Shown: in pieces, positions 26,887 through 38,600 of the stretch
How the letters are laid out: each line of letters begins with the position of its first letter
Numbering within the stretch: position 1 is the first letter of the stretch
DNA from: the human T2T-CHM13v2.0 reference genome, Homo sapiens
Reading direction: 5' to 3' (one strand)
NCBI RefSeq assembly: GCF_009914755.1
Contig: NC_060942.1
DNA length: 64,000 nucleotides
Translations under genes and position numbers: made by a program
Notes under the pieces: generated by a model
Databases searched by the model: none
The model's input: only the letters and a program-made list of their open reading frames with translations
Told to the model about the DNA's origin: nothing

Positions 26887-27240
26887 TCTAACATGTTTTT
26901 AACAATAAGGAAAATGCAACATCAACTACTCTTAGAGCAAGTGCAGCCACAATACTGTACAGTTCTGGGGCCAAGAGGCTGGGCACATTTACTGTTATTA
27001 AAACCAGGTAACAAAACCCCACAGCAAAAGGCAGCCAGCCAGCAATTAGCCCCCGTGACCTCTTAATATATATACATTTTTCAAATACTCTGTGAATCCC
27101 GTTTGAACAACAACAAAAGACAAAACAGGCTTTATATTAAAAACGTCCACGTTCTTCATTGTTACTTCTAAAGCAGCTTGGAGGATCTTACCACGTGGAG
27201 CATACTGCAAACTGACTCCATTAAAATGATTTTGGCAGGA

Positions 27241-27250
27241 TAGCAGCACA
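27241..27250 (-). promoter_or_regulatory. miR-15/16 8mer target site
   Basis: The + strand TAGCAGCACA equals miR-15a nt 1-10, so the mRNA carries the complement (TGCTGCTA 8mer). The BCL2-miR-15a/16-1 interaction is established. Confidence 0.85.
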
Positions 27251-27289
27251 GGATTGGATATTCCATATTCATCACTTTGACAATGTAAA

Positions 27290-27331
27290 CCTTTCATAAA
27301 ATAATATTTTGCTTAAAAATTAGAATCATTC
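27290..27331. promoter_or_regulatory. AT-rich MBR flank (reported SATB1/MAR-type element)
   Basis: Very AT-rich ~40 bp stretch immediately 3' (gene sense) of the MBR. The SATB1 binding is recalled from the literature. Confidence 0.55.
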
Positions 27332-27339
27332 AAAGGTCT

Positions 27340-27520
27340 GATCATTCTGTTCCCTGAGGCCCGCCGGGGAGGTCTGGCTTCATACCACAGGTTTCCTGCT
27401 TTCTTGGTGGAGCGTAAGCACCACTGCATTTCAGGAAGACCCTGAAGGACAGCCATGAGAAAGCCCCCGCGGAAGGAGGGCAGGAGGGCTCTGGGTGGGT
27501 CTGTGTTGAAACAGGCCACG
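27340..27520. other. BCL2: BCL2 major breakpoint region (MBR) of t(14;18)
   Basis: Recognised MBR sequence with three CpG peaks (27362/27365, 27413, 27468/27470). The recalled BIOMED-2 MBR1 primer site is at 27548-27570 and MBR2 at 28049-28073. Confidence 0.93.
27478..27499 (+). other. G-quadruplex motif at MBR peak I
   Basis: GGGCAGGAGGGCTCTGGGTGGG has four G3 tracts with loops of 5, 4 and 1. G4 formation at the BCL2 MBR has been reported. Confidence 0.8.
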
Positions 27521-28195
27521 TAAAGCAACTCTCTAAAGGTCAAACCACCATAGATTTGAATCTGCTGGTCATTTGCCATCTGGATTTTTAACTGAATGAA
27601 TCTCATGGGTTTAACCAAACATGCATGTAATCCTGAATACCATGAATTAAATGCGGAATTGCCCAGGGACGAGGAAACCTTCAAGAAACAAGGTCAAAGG
27701 GACAACAGATATAACTGTCACAATAAACAATTCTGTTGACGTGGAAATGCACATGACTTGGTTGAAACAAAGCTCCTCAGTGGCCAGTGACATCCAGGTT
27801 TTTCTTAGGTAGCTGAGACTCAGGGCTTATCTCACCTTCTCAGAATGCTTTTGAAGAATCAAGAGATAAAAATCTCAAACAGAAAACGATCACCTTTGCT
27901 CACAAATAGTGTATAGGCCATAACTAAATACAATTAAAAACAAAAAAACGCTGAGATGCATGTATTTTTTTAAAGCAGCTTTCGAAATATCAACCACAGC
28001 ATTAAACATTGAACAGAGTACATTCCAAAGTTAATACAGATAAATGGTATATAATGCAATAATGCCACAGAGTTATTCCATCAATGTTTCAAGGCTGATT
28101 CTAAACTGGAAGAAAAAAAAATTTCCTAGTTTATTTGCTGAAGATGTCACTTCTTTTGTTACTTCTTTATAGTTCCCCACCATTGATTTTTTTTT

Positions 28196-28204
28196 TAATG
28201 CCCC
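28196..28204 (-). promoter_or_regulatory. miR-365 target site
   Basis: The + strand TAATGCCCC equals miR-365 nt 1-9. Confidence 0.55.
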
Positions 28205-29504
28205 AGGATGTACAGATAACCCCCATATTCCACACCTGGAACTTTTTTTTTGTCAGGTTTTCAAATAAAACCAAACTACAGTGACAAGATAATGTTTTAC
28301 ATGTAATTCCATAGACAGGGGTCAATTAATCCATGACACCTCACTTCAATGCTTCTTTTAGGATTTGTGACCCTCTCCAAAGTCATTTAAAGCCTTGCTT
28401 TAAACTCACAGGTGGGCCAAGGCCACACAGCCAACGTGCCATGTGCTACAGCCAAAATGGGCCGTGGCCATTGCCTCTCCTCACGTTCCCAGCCTTCACC
28501 ATGTCCTTCTGATAGGAAGGGCCCAGGGCCTCTGTTCCTTCCCTCTACAGTGATACATGTCTTAAGAAGGGTCGTGGCTCCCATGCTCCACGTGAAAACG
28601 GGCCTACCTGGAGGGCCCCAGGGTGACAGGCCCAGCCACACCCCTCTACTGCTCTTTCTTGACAGTGGAATTCTGAGCTCCATCAGCTTCCAGACATTCG
28701 GAGACCACACTGCCCTGTTGATCATCCCTGGAGGAGGCCAGTGAGGGCCCCGGCTCAGTTCCAGGACCAGGCCTCCAAGCTGGGACACAGGCAGGTTCTG
28801 CGGACTTCGGTCTCCTAAAAGCAGGCACTTGTGGCGGCCTGATGCTCTGGGTAACTCTAGCCTTCCTGATGCGGAAGTCACCGAAATGTTCACTTCCTCA
28901 AGTTCCAGAGGATTCTGTTTCTTACTCAGACAGAGCCAGTATTGGGAGTTGGGGGGTGCGTATCCAAAATATATGAATATACACAATCAGGGCTTAAGGT
29001 ACTGGATGATATTGTATAAATTGCTAAAATGCTTTTCTCGGCACAATTGGTAGCTTAAAAAAATACTTTCCTATGATTTAAGGGCATTTTTCCCATCGCT
29101 GTCCTTCGGCGTGGAAATCTCAGTGGGTACTAGGTCCATCTGAAGTTCCCAACTCTTTTCCTCCCACCAGGTATGCATCATGTGAGTCATATGCAAAGAG
29201 TCTCTTCTTCAGGCCAGGGAGGCATGGACTTCCCCCCACAGGAACCCTCCCTCTGTTAATATCACAGCCCCCAGGGCAAAGAAATGCAAGTGAATGAACA
29301 CCTTCTCCCCAGCCTCCAGCAGCCAGAAAGCCAGCTTCCCCAATGATCAGGTCCTTTTTCCATCCGTCTGCTCTTCAGATGGTGATCCGGCCAACAACAT
29401 GGAAAGCGAATCTATGTTTACAGGCACAGAACATCCAGGTGGAGCCACACGAAGCGGTGCTTGGCAATTAGTGGTCGGATTTCCAAAGACAGGAGTTTTG
29501 ATGG

Positions 29505-29580
29505 GACTGTCTTAAATAAATAAATCTTTTTTTCTTAATAATGTAAAAAATAAATGATATTTCCCTTTGGCAGTAAATAG
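29505..29580 (-). promoter_or_regulatory. BCL2: BCL2 AU-rich element (ARE)
   Basis: Five AUUUA pentamers: three overlapping at 29513-29525, plus 29551-29555 and 29574-29578. This is the known destabilising ARE. Confidence 0.85.
29561..29574 (-). promoter_or_regulatory. Overlapping miR-204/211 (8mer) and miR-34 (7mer-A1) target sites
   Basis: The + strand has TTCCCTTTG (miR-204 nt 1-9) at 29561-29569 and TGGCAGT (miR-34a nt 1-7) at 29568-29574. Confidence 0.65.
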
Positions 29581-29615
29581 CTGATTCGACGTTTTGCCTG
29601 AAGACTGTTAATTGT

Positions 29616-29660
29616 TGTGTGTGTGTGTGTCTGTCTGTGTGTGTGATGTTTATATGTGTG
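29616..29660 (-). repeat. CA-repeat element in the proximal BCL2 3'UTR
   Basis: Interrupted (TG)n on + reads as CA repeats in the mRNA. It is an hnRNP L-type motif reported to affect BCL2 mRNA decay. Confidence 0.8.
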
Positions 29661-29776
29661 TTATTTTTTCTTAAACAGCCTGCAGCTTTGTTTCATGGTA
29701 CATCACTGACAATGCATATTATTTCTACTGCTTTAGTGAACCTTTTGCATATTTGTTTGGGGCAGGCATGTTGACT

Positions 29777-29911
29777 TCACTTGTGGCCCAGATAGGCACC
29801 CAGGGTGATGCAAGCTCCCACCAGGGCCAAACTGAGCAGAGTCTTCAGAGACAGCCAGGAGAAATCAAACAGAGGCCGCATGCTGGGGCCGTACAGTTCC
29901 ACAAAGGCATC
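29777..29911 (-). CDS. BCL2: BCL2 apoptosis regulator, last coding exon (exon 3): end of BH2 and C-terminal transmembrane anchor, aa 196-239
   Basis: The reverse complement translates to [44 protein letters not shown] (135 nt, phase 0), identical to the BCL2-alpha C-terminus. It is preceded by an AG acceptor (CT at 29912-29913) and a long polypyrimidine tract. It is absent from the ORF track because it is a short spliced exon. Confidence 0.99.
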
Positions 29912-29975
29912 CTGCAGTTGGGGGAGAGGAGGGAAGAAAAAGAAAGAGTATTAGAGAGAGAGCAGAGAATGCCAC
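29912..29975 (-). promoter_or_regulatory. BCL2: 3' splice site of BCL2 intron 2: polypyrimidine tract and candidate branch point
   Basis: The minus strand reads ...ctctctCTAATactctttctttttcttccctcctctcccccaactgCAG. CTAAT at 29950-29954 is a candidate branch point. Confidence 0.85.
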
Positions 29976-30077
29976 CCCACAGAGAAAGAGGCATCCTGCC
30001 AGGGCAGCCTGGGCACCTTCAGAAGGGTGAGAGGGGAAAAGGCAAATGCTCTTTGGAGGCCATGATTCAGAAACCAC

Positions 30078-30330
30078 TGTTTTCATTAATTCAAGGCATA
30101 TTTATTGAGACCCTCTTTACGTGCCAGCCATCTTAGAGATACAGCAGTGCATAAAATAGACTAAAAGTTCCTACTTCACGAAGCTTCCATTGAGTGGAAC
30201 AGTATAGACAGCAATCAATATAAATTATCACATGGTGTAGGAGAGAGTGCTAAGGGCCGAGGAGAAAAACAGCAGAGGCAGTTAGAAAATATTAGAGGTT
30301 TTGCAATTTTAGCTAGCATGCCCATCCATA
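30078..30330 (-). mobile_element. L2 3' end
   Basis: TTCATTAATTCAA..CATATTTATTGAG.CC..T.ACGTGCCAG is typical of an antisense L2 tail. Confidence 0.6.
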
Positions 30331-30434
30331 AAAGTAATAAAATCTAGCAATGATGATGACCGTCACACTCCTCGATTGAGTGTTGACATCTTATCAAATG
30401 TCTGACATGCATTATTTTAGTCTTTGTACCAAAC

Positions 30435-30731
30435 TTTTTCTTTCTTTTTTTTTTTTTTAGAGACAAGAGTCTTGCTCTGTTGCCCAGGCTGCAGTGCAGT
30501 GGTGCAATCATGACCCACTGCAGCCTCGAACTGTTGGACTCAAGAGTGATCCTCCTGCCTCCGCCTCCTGAGTACCTAGGATTACCATGCTTGGCTAATT
30601 TTTAAATTTTTTGTAGAGATAGGGTCTTACTATACTTTCCAGGCTGGTCTTGAACTCCTGGGCTCAAGTGAGTCTCCTGCCTCAGCCTCCCAAAGTTCTG
30701 GGATTAAAGGCATGCGCTTTCTCATCCAGCT
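30435..30731 (-). mobile_element. AluJ element (inside a MIR)
   Basis: AluJ diagnostics (GCAATCAT..C.CACTGCAGCCTCGAAC, CTCCTGGGCTCAAG). The TSD TCTTTGTACCAA is at 30421-30432 and 30735-30746. Confidence 0.9.
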
Positions 30732-32094
30732 AATTCTTTGTACCAATCTTATGAAGTTATTTTATTTGTTTCTGTTCTGAAGATGAAAAAGCTGAGAATC
30801 GCAGGGAATAAGAGACTTTTTAACAAGTGGCAGAGCCAGGCTTTGAACCCAGATAGAAACCAGCACCCTTCTCTCTGCTGATGCCCTGGCGTGGCTAACG
30901 GCAGCTCTATGAGAGCATTTGGTCAGTCAAGGGCTCAGTCAGTGGAGGGGCCAAGGGCGGCCTTGACTGGTGCAGTGCCAGCCTCTAAGGTCAAGGTTCT
31001 CCTGGGGAAAGGGAGCTGTCAGGGGGTTTCTCTTGGGGGTGGCTAGACTGGACGACCACAACTCTGCATTTACTCAAATTGTGGATCTCACAAGGCAGGA
31101 GATCAGGGGTGTGTCACTGGATGTGCAGGTCCCTGAGAGACAAAAAGTGTCTCCCTTCCATTCCTATCTCTCCATCTCAAGTCGGGTCTGTAGTGTGTTG
31201 TAGCAAAGTCTACCCTCTGGATGGGCTTGGATTGAGCAAATCACCAATTGCTCATTTCCTAGATTTTGGGGAGATTATGTTTCACATTTGGGTCCAATGA
31301 GTATTTGGACAACTTTCTGAATGAATATTTGAATATATAAATCAGTAAATGAATTCTTTTTACTTCTGATTTATTCAGGATGAAGAAGAAAACAAGAATA
31401 GTTTCACATTATTCCCAACAACCCTGACTCAAAGCACACAGTTTTATTACAGGAAACAGTAACATACCATGACCCTGGACATCGCTGTTGGGAGGGGCTC
31501 CAACAGTGCACAGAGGGGTTCCCTTTCTCTGGGGCAAGGGCTGTAGCAGTGGGACCAGGGATTCTCTTTGTCTCCCTCATGCTGGGCATGGTTGTGGTGC
31601 ACTATAGGTGCGTAGTAAATGTTTGTTCACTTAAGCTTTCTGAATACAATCATTGGTCTTTGGCTTAATGCTTTACCCAAATGCTTATGAATCTGTTTGA
31701 AATTACTCCTTCTATATGTAACAGCCTCTGAGAATCCTGAGGTAGTCTTGATGAGGATTTAAAGCATTGTTAGGGTAACTTTCCACATTATTAAATATAG
31801 ATTTATACAATTATTTTCATGATATATAAAATGTGCCATACTTTAAAAAATTCATGTTTATAGTGTTTAAAACTTTTGCTATTATAAACAATATCATGAT
31901 ATATTTTTGTATATAAATTCTTGTCTATTTGTTCAGTTGCTTTTTTGAAACAAACTCCTAGAAGTGACCTCAGTTAACCAGTCATCAATATTGCTTCCAG
32001 AAATCATGAAGGGCTTGCCTTGAGCCATCCTCACATTCTCATGGATTGCCCTCCAACCAATGCCACCTTTTACAAAAGGCAGGCAAGAATTTAG

Positions 32095-32288
32095 GGCGAG
32101 GGTCACACTGAGAGTGATCCTGTCCCCCAGGGGACATTTGGCAATGTTTGGAAGCATTTTTAGTGGTCATGATTTGGGGTGAGGGTGCTACTGGTATCTA
32201 GTGGGCAGAGGCCGCGGATGCTGTTCAACATCCCACAATGCACAGGGCAGCCCCCCAATGCTAACAGGGCCGAGGCTGAGAAACTCTG
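32095..32288 (+). mobile_element. MER20 (hAT-Charlie)
   Basis: CCCCCAGGGGACATTTGGCAATGT.TGGA..CATTTTT...GGTGCTACTGG.ATCTAGTGGG.AGAGGCC..GGATGCTG. Strand call tentative. Confidence 0.85.
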
Positions 32289-34471
32289 GTTTATAAGATG
32301 CTCTGTAATCACAGACCATAGAAGAACAGATGACCCATCCTGTGTGTCAACAGCATTGGTCAAATCAGCACAATCAGCTAGCCCAGACCAGCGACTGCTA
32401 ACCCAGTGGGCCTTCTGCATCTTTGGAGGTCCTTGGTTAACTTTTACCAGGAGAGGGCGCAAGGGCTTTCTTCTTCTTTTTAAATATCTATTGTTAAACA
32501 TTTCTAAATTTCAGTGTTAGAAAAGCGAGGCAATAGACGTACATAAAATGTGTGTTTAGTGCTCTTAGCACAGAGCTAAGGCACAATCATGATTGTCTGC
32601 CAAGATGCACACCCCTCTCCATATAAGCAGGGATCAGTGGGGCAGGAAGGAGTCAGGACTTCTCCACAAGCCAGAACTCTGCCTCTTCCAGGGAGCAACC
32701 CAAGACATCACAGACACGGCTGCAAATGTCAACTAGTCCTCCCATCCATGCTTCTCTCTCTGAGGGATGGGTAGGCTGAAACCCCCAATAGCCCAGCCAA
32801 AAGACACCCCAAATTTGTCAGGGCACTGGCAATAGGTTGTCTGCAATTTGGCTTGACATTGAGAAGGTCAGTGGCCGGGCTCTGAATCCCTTTAGTAATC
32901 AACAGAGTTTTGTGTGGCAAAATCTGAACCAGACTAAGCCCCTGATCATTTGTCCTGTCTGGACCTGAAGCCATCCTGGGAAACCGGAGGATGCAGGGAC
33001 ATACTCCAGCTGGCATTTTCTCCCAGTTGGCCTGGCACACAGTGCTGGAGAGCAGAAGAAATGCTGTCCCAAATATCCCCACCTCCTCAGAGCTGGAATA
33101 ATTCCCTCTCACCACCCTCACCCCCACACAAATAACAGTGCTTCTCATGAACCTAACAGGCCATTTCTGATATGCATTACGTAGAACAATGTCATTTCTA
33201 GAGTGAGATGAGCTAAACTAGCAGCTCTTGGCCCAAAGCCTCAGCATAGAGATGCTGTTGCCATCCCAGGGGGCTGAGAAGGGCATGGGACTTGGAGGAG
33301 GAGTGTGGGTGAACCCTGGCTTTGATATTTTATTAGTTTATAACCTTCAGCAGATAACCCAGCCCCGAGCCTCATTTACTTCATCCATAGCCATAAAATT
33401 CATTATTGTGAAGATTAACGTAGGTCACTCAAAGCCATTTGTAAATTGGATACAGAAAGTGAGCTCGTGGCAGAACAAACACCTTGCTCTTGTCTGTCCT
33501 CTTGCAGACCTGCTCCGCACCTACTCAACCTGCCCTTCCCCCAAGAAGTTCTGCTGAGCCTGCCGTTTTGCAGAAGCAATTTCCTCTCTTAGCTTTCTGA
33601 TCTGAGGATAGTCCGTAATTTCTATAGGAATTATGAATTAAAATGTATACATCCCGTGTTCTGGTCAAAGATGGGAAGTGATAATACAATGCCTACCTAT
33701 CTGTCCTTCTTTACACATTATTAGAGTGTAGGGCTAGAGGGCAAGTCATTTAACCCCCTGGAGGTTGGAGCTGGCCTCTAAACTTTGCCCTTCTACAATT
33801 CCAAAGTGCAAAGGAGACCCTGCGGCTTCGGGACTAAAATGACCTGAAAGCTTCTTTCGTAGAAAGTCTTCCTGATTTTTCAAACATCCTGATTGGGGCG
33901 ATTTCCGAAGTCTGTTTGAACAGTCTGTCATTATTTGTTTGAGTTTGAAAGCTGTTTTAAATAAACACATGCTCATTTTATGTATTAAAAGCAACAAAGA
34001 GGGAAAAAGAAAACCTGGGTCGTCATGTGATTCGGACAAAATCCCAGTCTATATATTTAGGAAGCTCTGTGTCCCTTGCTCATGTCAGGACTGGCAAGGG
34101 CTTACCCGACTTCACGGATCACAGGTTCACACGGAAAGGCTGGCACCGGCTCCTCCTATGAGGAGGAGATGGGCAGGGCCTCAGCTCTGGTGGCTCTGTC
34201 CACAGTGGCTTCCCCATAAATTTCCAATTCAGAGGCCACAGAGGATCTGAGTTCCACCCAGGGCTGGCCCAAGGGGACAGGATGGCTAAACTCCCAGCCG
34301 CAGCCTTGCTGCAGGTTTGGAACCAGGCCAGGTAGGTGTGGACGGGAACAGACCAGGGTCAAGACTCCTAAACTCAGCAAAGGTGTCCTCACCCCTCCGG
34401 GCCATGGAGCACTCCCACCTGGGAGGCAGCCATCCTCCAACATTTTCCTTTTCCGTTCAGAACCTTCAAGA

Positions 34472-34763
<292 letters not shown>

Positions 34764-34894
34764 TAAACCTAAAATGAGAATTTTTTTTTAAAAAGGTCAG
34801 ATTGTCAAGAATGGAAGAGAAGGTTAATTCTAAGTGCTGAAAAGAATGGCATGCGGTTGGGGATATGGGTGGGGGTCCCAAAATAACCCTTATG

Positions 34895-35420
34895 CCCAGG
34901 TAAAGGTAAACATGGAGACCTTTTGAATTTGGTAATGCATATCAAAAGGCTTTTAAAAAGCTTTTGTTAGTAATTTCACTTCCAGTTATTTATTTTGGAA
35001 AAATAATAAAGTGCACAGATTATGTATAATAGCATAAACCTGGAAACAAATGTCTGAAAATAGATGACTGACAGCGCGTCCACATGATGGAGTGCTGTTC
35101 AGCATTAAAAGTCATACCCTATAGTTATTGGCAAGAAATTGTGTTCCTAAGGTCATATTGAGTAAAGCAGGACAAAACGGTCAGCAAAACACGATTCCAC
35201 TTCTGTAAAAACCTAACATATACATGTGCGCGTTTACAAACAGAAAAAAATAATATAAAGGAAAACGCAAAGATGTTAACAGTGATTATCGTTGAAGGCA
35301 GAAGTAGGCATGAGGACATGGCATTTAAGAGGCTATTCTGATTTTTTTCCTTAGCTGTCTTTTCTAATTCAATACAAACATGTATATTACTATTTATGAA
35401 ATATATTTCAATATATACTA
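34895..35420 (+). mobile_element. Old L1 (L1ME-like) 3' fragment
   Basis: Degenerate L1 3'-end motifs (GTAATTTCACTTC, AACCTGGAAACAA, CCACATGATGGA, CAAGATGTTAACAGTG). Confidence 0.5.
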
Positions 35421-36539
35421 CATAGAATAATGTTACATTCTAAGTGCTTACTTAATCTGAAAAAAATCCAGACTCCATAATTTGACAGACAAAAATGCTG
35501 GGAGATGATGTCTAGTAGTGGGGAGACATGGGCTCCCAGGCAGCAGCCATGACCTAGAACCATGCAACAGGCCCCCGGTTAAGTGAGGGCCTCCTTAGAC
35601 CCTGGCCCAGAAGAACTCTCATGAGCTCTGCCCCTCAGACCAATGCCTGCAATAAGAGGTTCAGGCCCCGAGCTCAGTGTGTGTTCTCAGCTCTCTATAT
35701 ACTGGGGAAATTTAATATGGCTTGGCTGGCTATAAGCAAATTCGAAATTCAGCTACATTCCACAGTCTTTGAGCTGACTATGCATGCAGACGTTATACAA
35801 TCGAAGGGAATTCTAAGGGAGAAAAGCCACCCTGTCCCCAAAGAGCTTACACTCTAGAGAGAGGTAATGCCTCTATGTGCACATTTGAACTAAACTAAAT
35901 CAATGGGTGCCGCCATTTTGTTCCTGCAGACTGCAGAGTCTCATCGGCAGTAAGAAGAAAGTAAAAAGAAAATCAGACCATGCCAATGGGAAATCAAACA
36001 CAGCTATCGAATGACTTTGATATTTTCTATTTTTCATGAGTTTATAATTTTGTCTCCATGGGGACCTCTGGGGATCTCTTCTCTCATGACAACTTTAGGG
36101 TTAGGAAGAAAAAAGGAAAGGGAGAATCACTGTAACAGAAAACTCTGGGCTGGAAGGAACCTCAAAGTATGTTCAGATTCCCTGAATTGGTTTAATAATG
36201 TCTAATAAAGATATTAGCTCTTTTTTTAAATAGGTGAGGTGAGTGAAACTTTGACAGGTAAAGCAAATTCCTTACAGTGTGTATTCATAAGGAAATTCGT
36301 GGTGGACAGGAGCGTGAAGGCTGGGTTTCACCTGCCTCCTGCATGTCACTGGTTAGAATGCTGGCAAGCAGCTGGTTCTTCTCTCTACCCAGGGAACCTC
36401 CTCCCTGCCTCCCTCAACTTGCTTCCTCCCATCCCGACCTTCCTCTCTGCCCCAACTTGGACTCCAGCCCAAAACAAGTCTCATCTGGGCTTCCAAGTGG
36501 TGCTGAAGAAAGTTACCCAACCTTGCAGGCAGGTGCTGC

Positions 36540-38600
36540 TGGAAATTCATGGTCTCTAAACTCAGTGAGTTCTGACACCACCTAGCAATTCTTTATTCTT
36601 TGTCAGATCTTTTCTGTTCCTTTTGATGACTGTTCCCAACAGCCACCACTTGTCTCACACATCTTCCTCACCTTTTGGCAGTGAACACTGCCTTTTACTT
36701 CTCTGAGAAAACTGGGATCATTGGGCAAGAATTACCACAGCTTTCCACCCTGGCCCATGCACAAATGTCCATTTCTGCCTGTCCTTCCCTGCTCCTCTCC
36801 ACACTTCACCCTGATTCCACCATCTCCCATTGCTTCAGGAACCTTCCTCCGTCAGTTGTCCCTGCTCTCAATTACAATTTCAATCGCATCCTTCCTTTCT
36901 GGCCTCAGGTATCCTCAAAATGTCTGTGCTGATGCGTGCTCCACCCTAACCATTATCTTCTCTGTCTCTGCCCTCCTAGAAAAGCTGCCAAGCCACACTC
37001 ATTGGCTCACTTCCCACCCACATTTGAACCCATTCAGTCTGGCTTCTTCCTATACTGTGCCTCTGAAACCACCCCCACAGAGACCACCAATACCCTCCAT
37101 GTGGCTAAATTCACTGGGTGTGAGGTTGTATCTTAGTAGGTGCTCTGATGCCCCGGACACCAAGACCTCTGAGGGTCTTCCGTGACTCTGCTCCCTTTGG
37201 GCTACCTCCTTCCTCCTGAAGAATTTCCTCTCTGTCTCCCTCAGGGGCACCTCCTCCCTGGCCTATTCTGATAAGTTCTCGATGCTGCCCATCAGGCTTC
37301 TGTCTGGACATTTTCTTTTCTCTCTTTGACCAATCTCTTTCACTCTCTTGGTCTTATATACCACCCCTATGATAATGTTCCTAACATCTTTATATCCAGT
37401 CTCACTTTCTCCCCTAACTGGCAAATACTTATTCCAATTGCTTTCTAAGACATCCCCTAGGGAGTTCGATCAACCTGCCCCAAACTCAAGCTATCATCAC
37501 TCCCTCCATCAAGCCTCCCTCTCTTCCTGTCTTCAACCTGGCTATGGCATCAAGTAAACCTACAGCCTCAGAGTCTCCTAGATGTTTTTCTCTTCCTCAT
37601 GCCCCATATTCATTCATCAGTAAATCCCATGGCCATAGGTTAGACTCCCTTAGAAACAGACCCTAAGACAAAGATTTGAGTGCAAGTGGTTTATTTGGGA
37701 GATGATGCTAGGAACTCTAAGGGGAGCAGGGAAGGGAGAGAAAAAAAGGAAAAGACTCATGCATGAGTTACCTCATCAAGCAAGTTATTGCTACCGGCAA
37801 ACAGAGCTTACTCCTGCCAGGGAAATCTGAGGGCCGGTGTAGACCATGCATCTCTTGTTAACCCACTGAGGGACTAGGGAGCTGGGGTATTTATACACCA
37901 ACTCCTGCTATTCATTGGTTGAAGGTTGCTCCTATGGAATGTCAATACCCCAGCACTCCTAGCTGGCCATGTCACAGGTGAAGTACCAATCAAGGAAATA
38001 GATACAGATGCCACATCTCTTATAGCTGGAGGTGAAGTTAGTGAGCACTGAAGTGGTAAAGGCCAGGGGACAGGACAGAACAGGGCAGTAGATGCACTGC
38101 CAATTTTACCACCTGAACACTTCTCTCTCCCTTTACCTTCTCTCCCCAGGATCACTGCTGTGATTTCCAGTCTGATCTCTCTGCCTCTGTCTGAGTCTTG
38201 TGCTTTGCCTGTAAATCTCTTCTGTGTACTGCAGCCAGAGTGATCCATTCAGAATCAAATCTGTTGCTTCCATGCTTAAGTCTAAGGTTCCCAATGCTCT
38301 GGCTCCAACCTAGTTCTCCTGCTCAGCTTGTCACTCTTAAGTCAACTTTGGTTCATTCAGAGATTCAGCTCAATCATTTTCTGCAAGCAACTTTCTCCAA
38401 ATCCCTAGGTTGAGCTAAATAATCCTCGGCTGTTCCCTGTTCACAGTATTATACGAAGATCATCTGTTTACATGTCTGCCTTCCCCATTCAACTATTAGC
38501 ACCTGGAGGTGCAGGACCATGTTTTATTTATCTTTGGATCCCTGGAGCATGTGTCTGTCATACGTTAGGAACTCAGCAAATGTTTGTGGAGCTGAAACAA
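36540..38600 (+). mobile_element. Long L2 relic (RT region to 3' end) split by an LTR
   Basis: ORF 36936-37136 contains FEPIQSGF..ETT..TNTLHVAKFTG, similar to the L2 RT motif LNPLQSGF.P.HSTETAL..VTNDL.VAKS.G. An L2-type tail is at ~38560-38595. Confidence 0.75.
37636..38095 (-). mobile_element. ERVL LTR (LTR33/LTR16-like) inserted in the L2
   Basis: AAACAGACCCTAAGACAAAGATTTGAGTGCAAGTGGTTTATTTGGGAGATGAT signature. Confidence 0.6.

Larger units (their letters stand above)
24497..29776 (-). other. BCL2: BCL2 3' untranslated region (~5.3 kb)
   Basis: Follows the stop codon, is nearly free of interspersed repeats, matches the human BCL2 mRNA 3'UTR as I recall it, and ends about 18 nt after the AATAAA. 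Confidence 0.95.

Noticed and set aside
28387-28986. 199 aa sense ORF in the BCL2 3'UTR (and the 123 aa ORF across the MBR)
   Set aside because: They lie in established non-coding UTR with no homology. Ribosome profiling would be needed to reconsider.
29753-30136. ORFs overlapping BCL2 exon 3 (127 aa on +, 73 aa on -)
   Set aside because: Antisense or wrong-frame shadows of the true exon.
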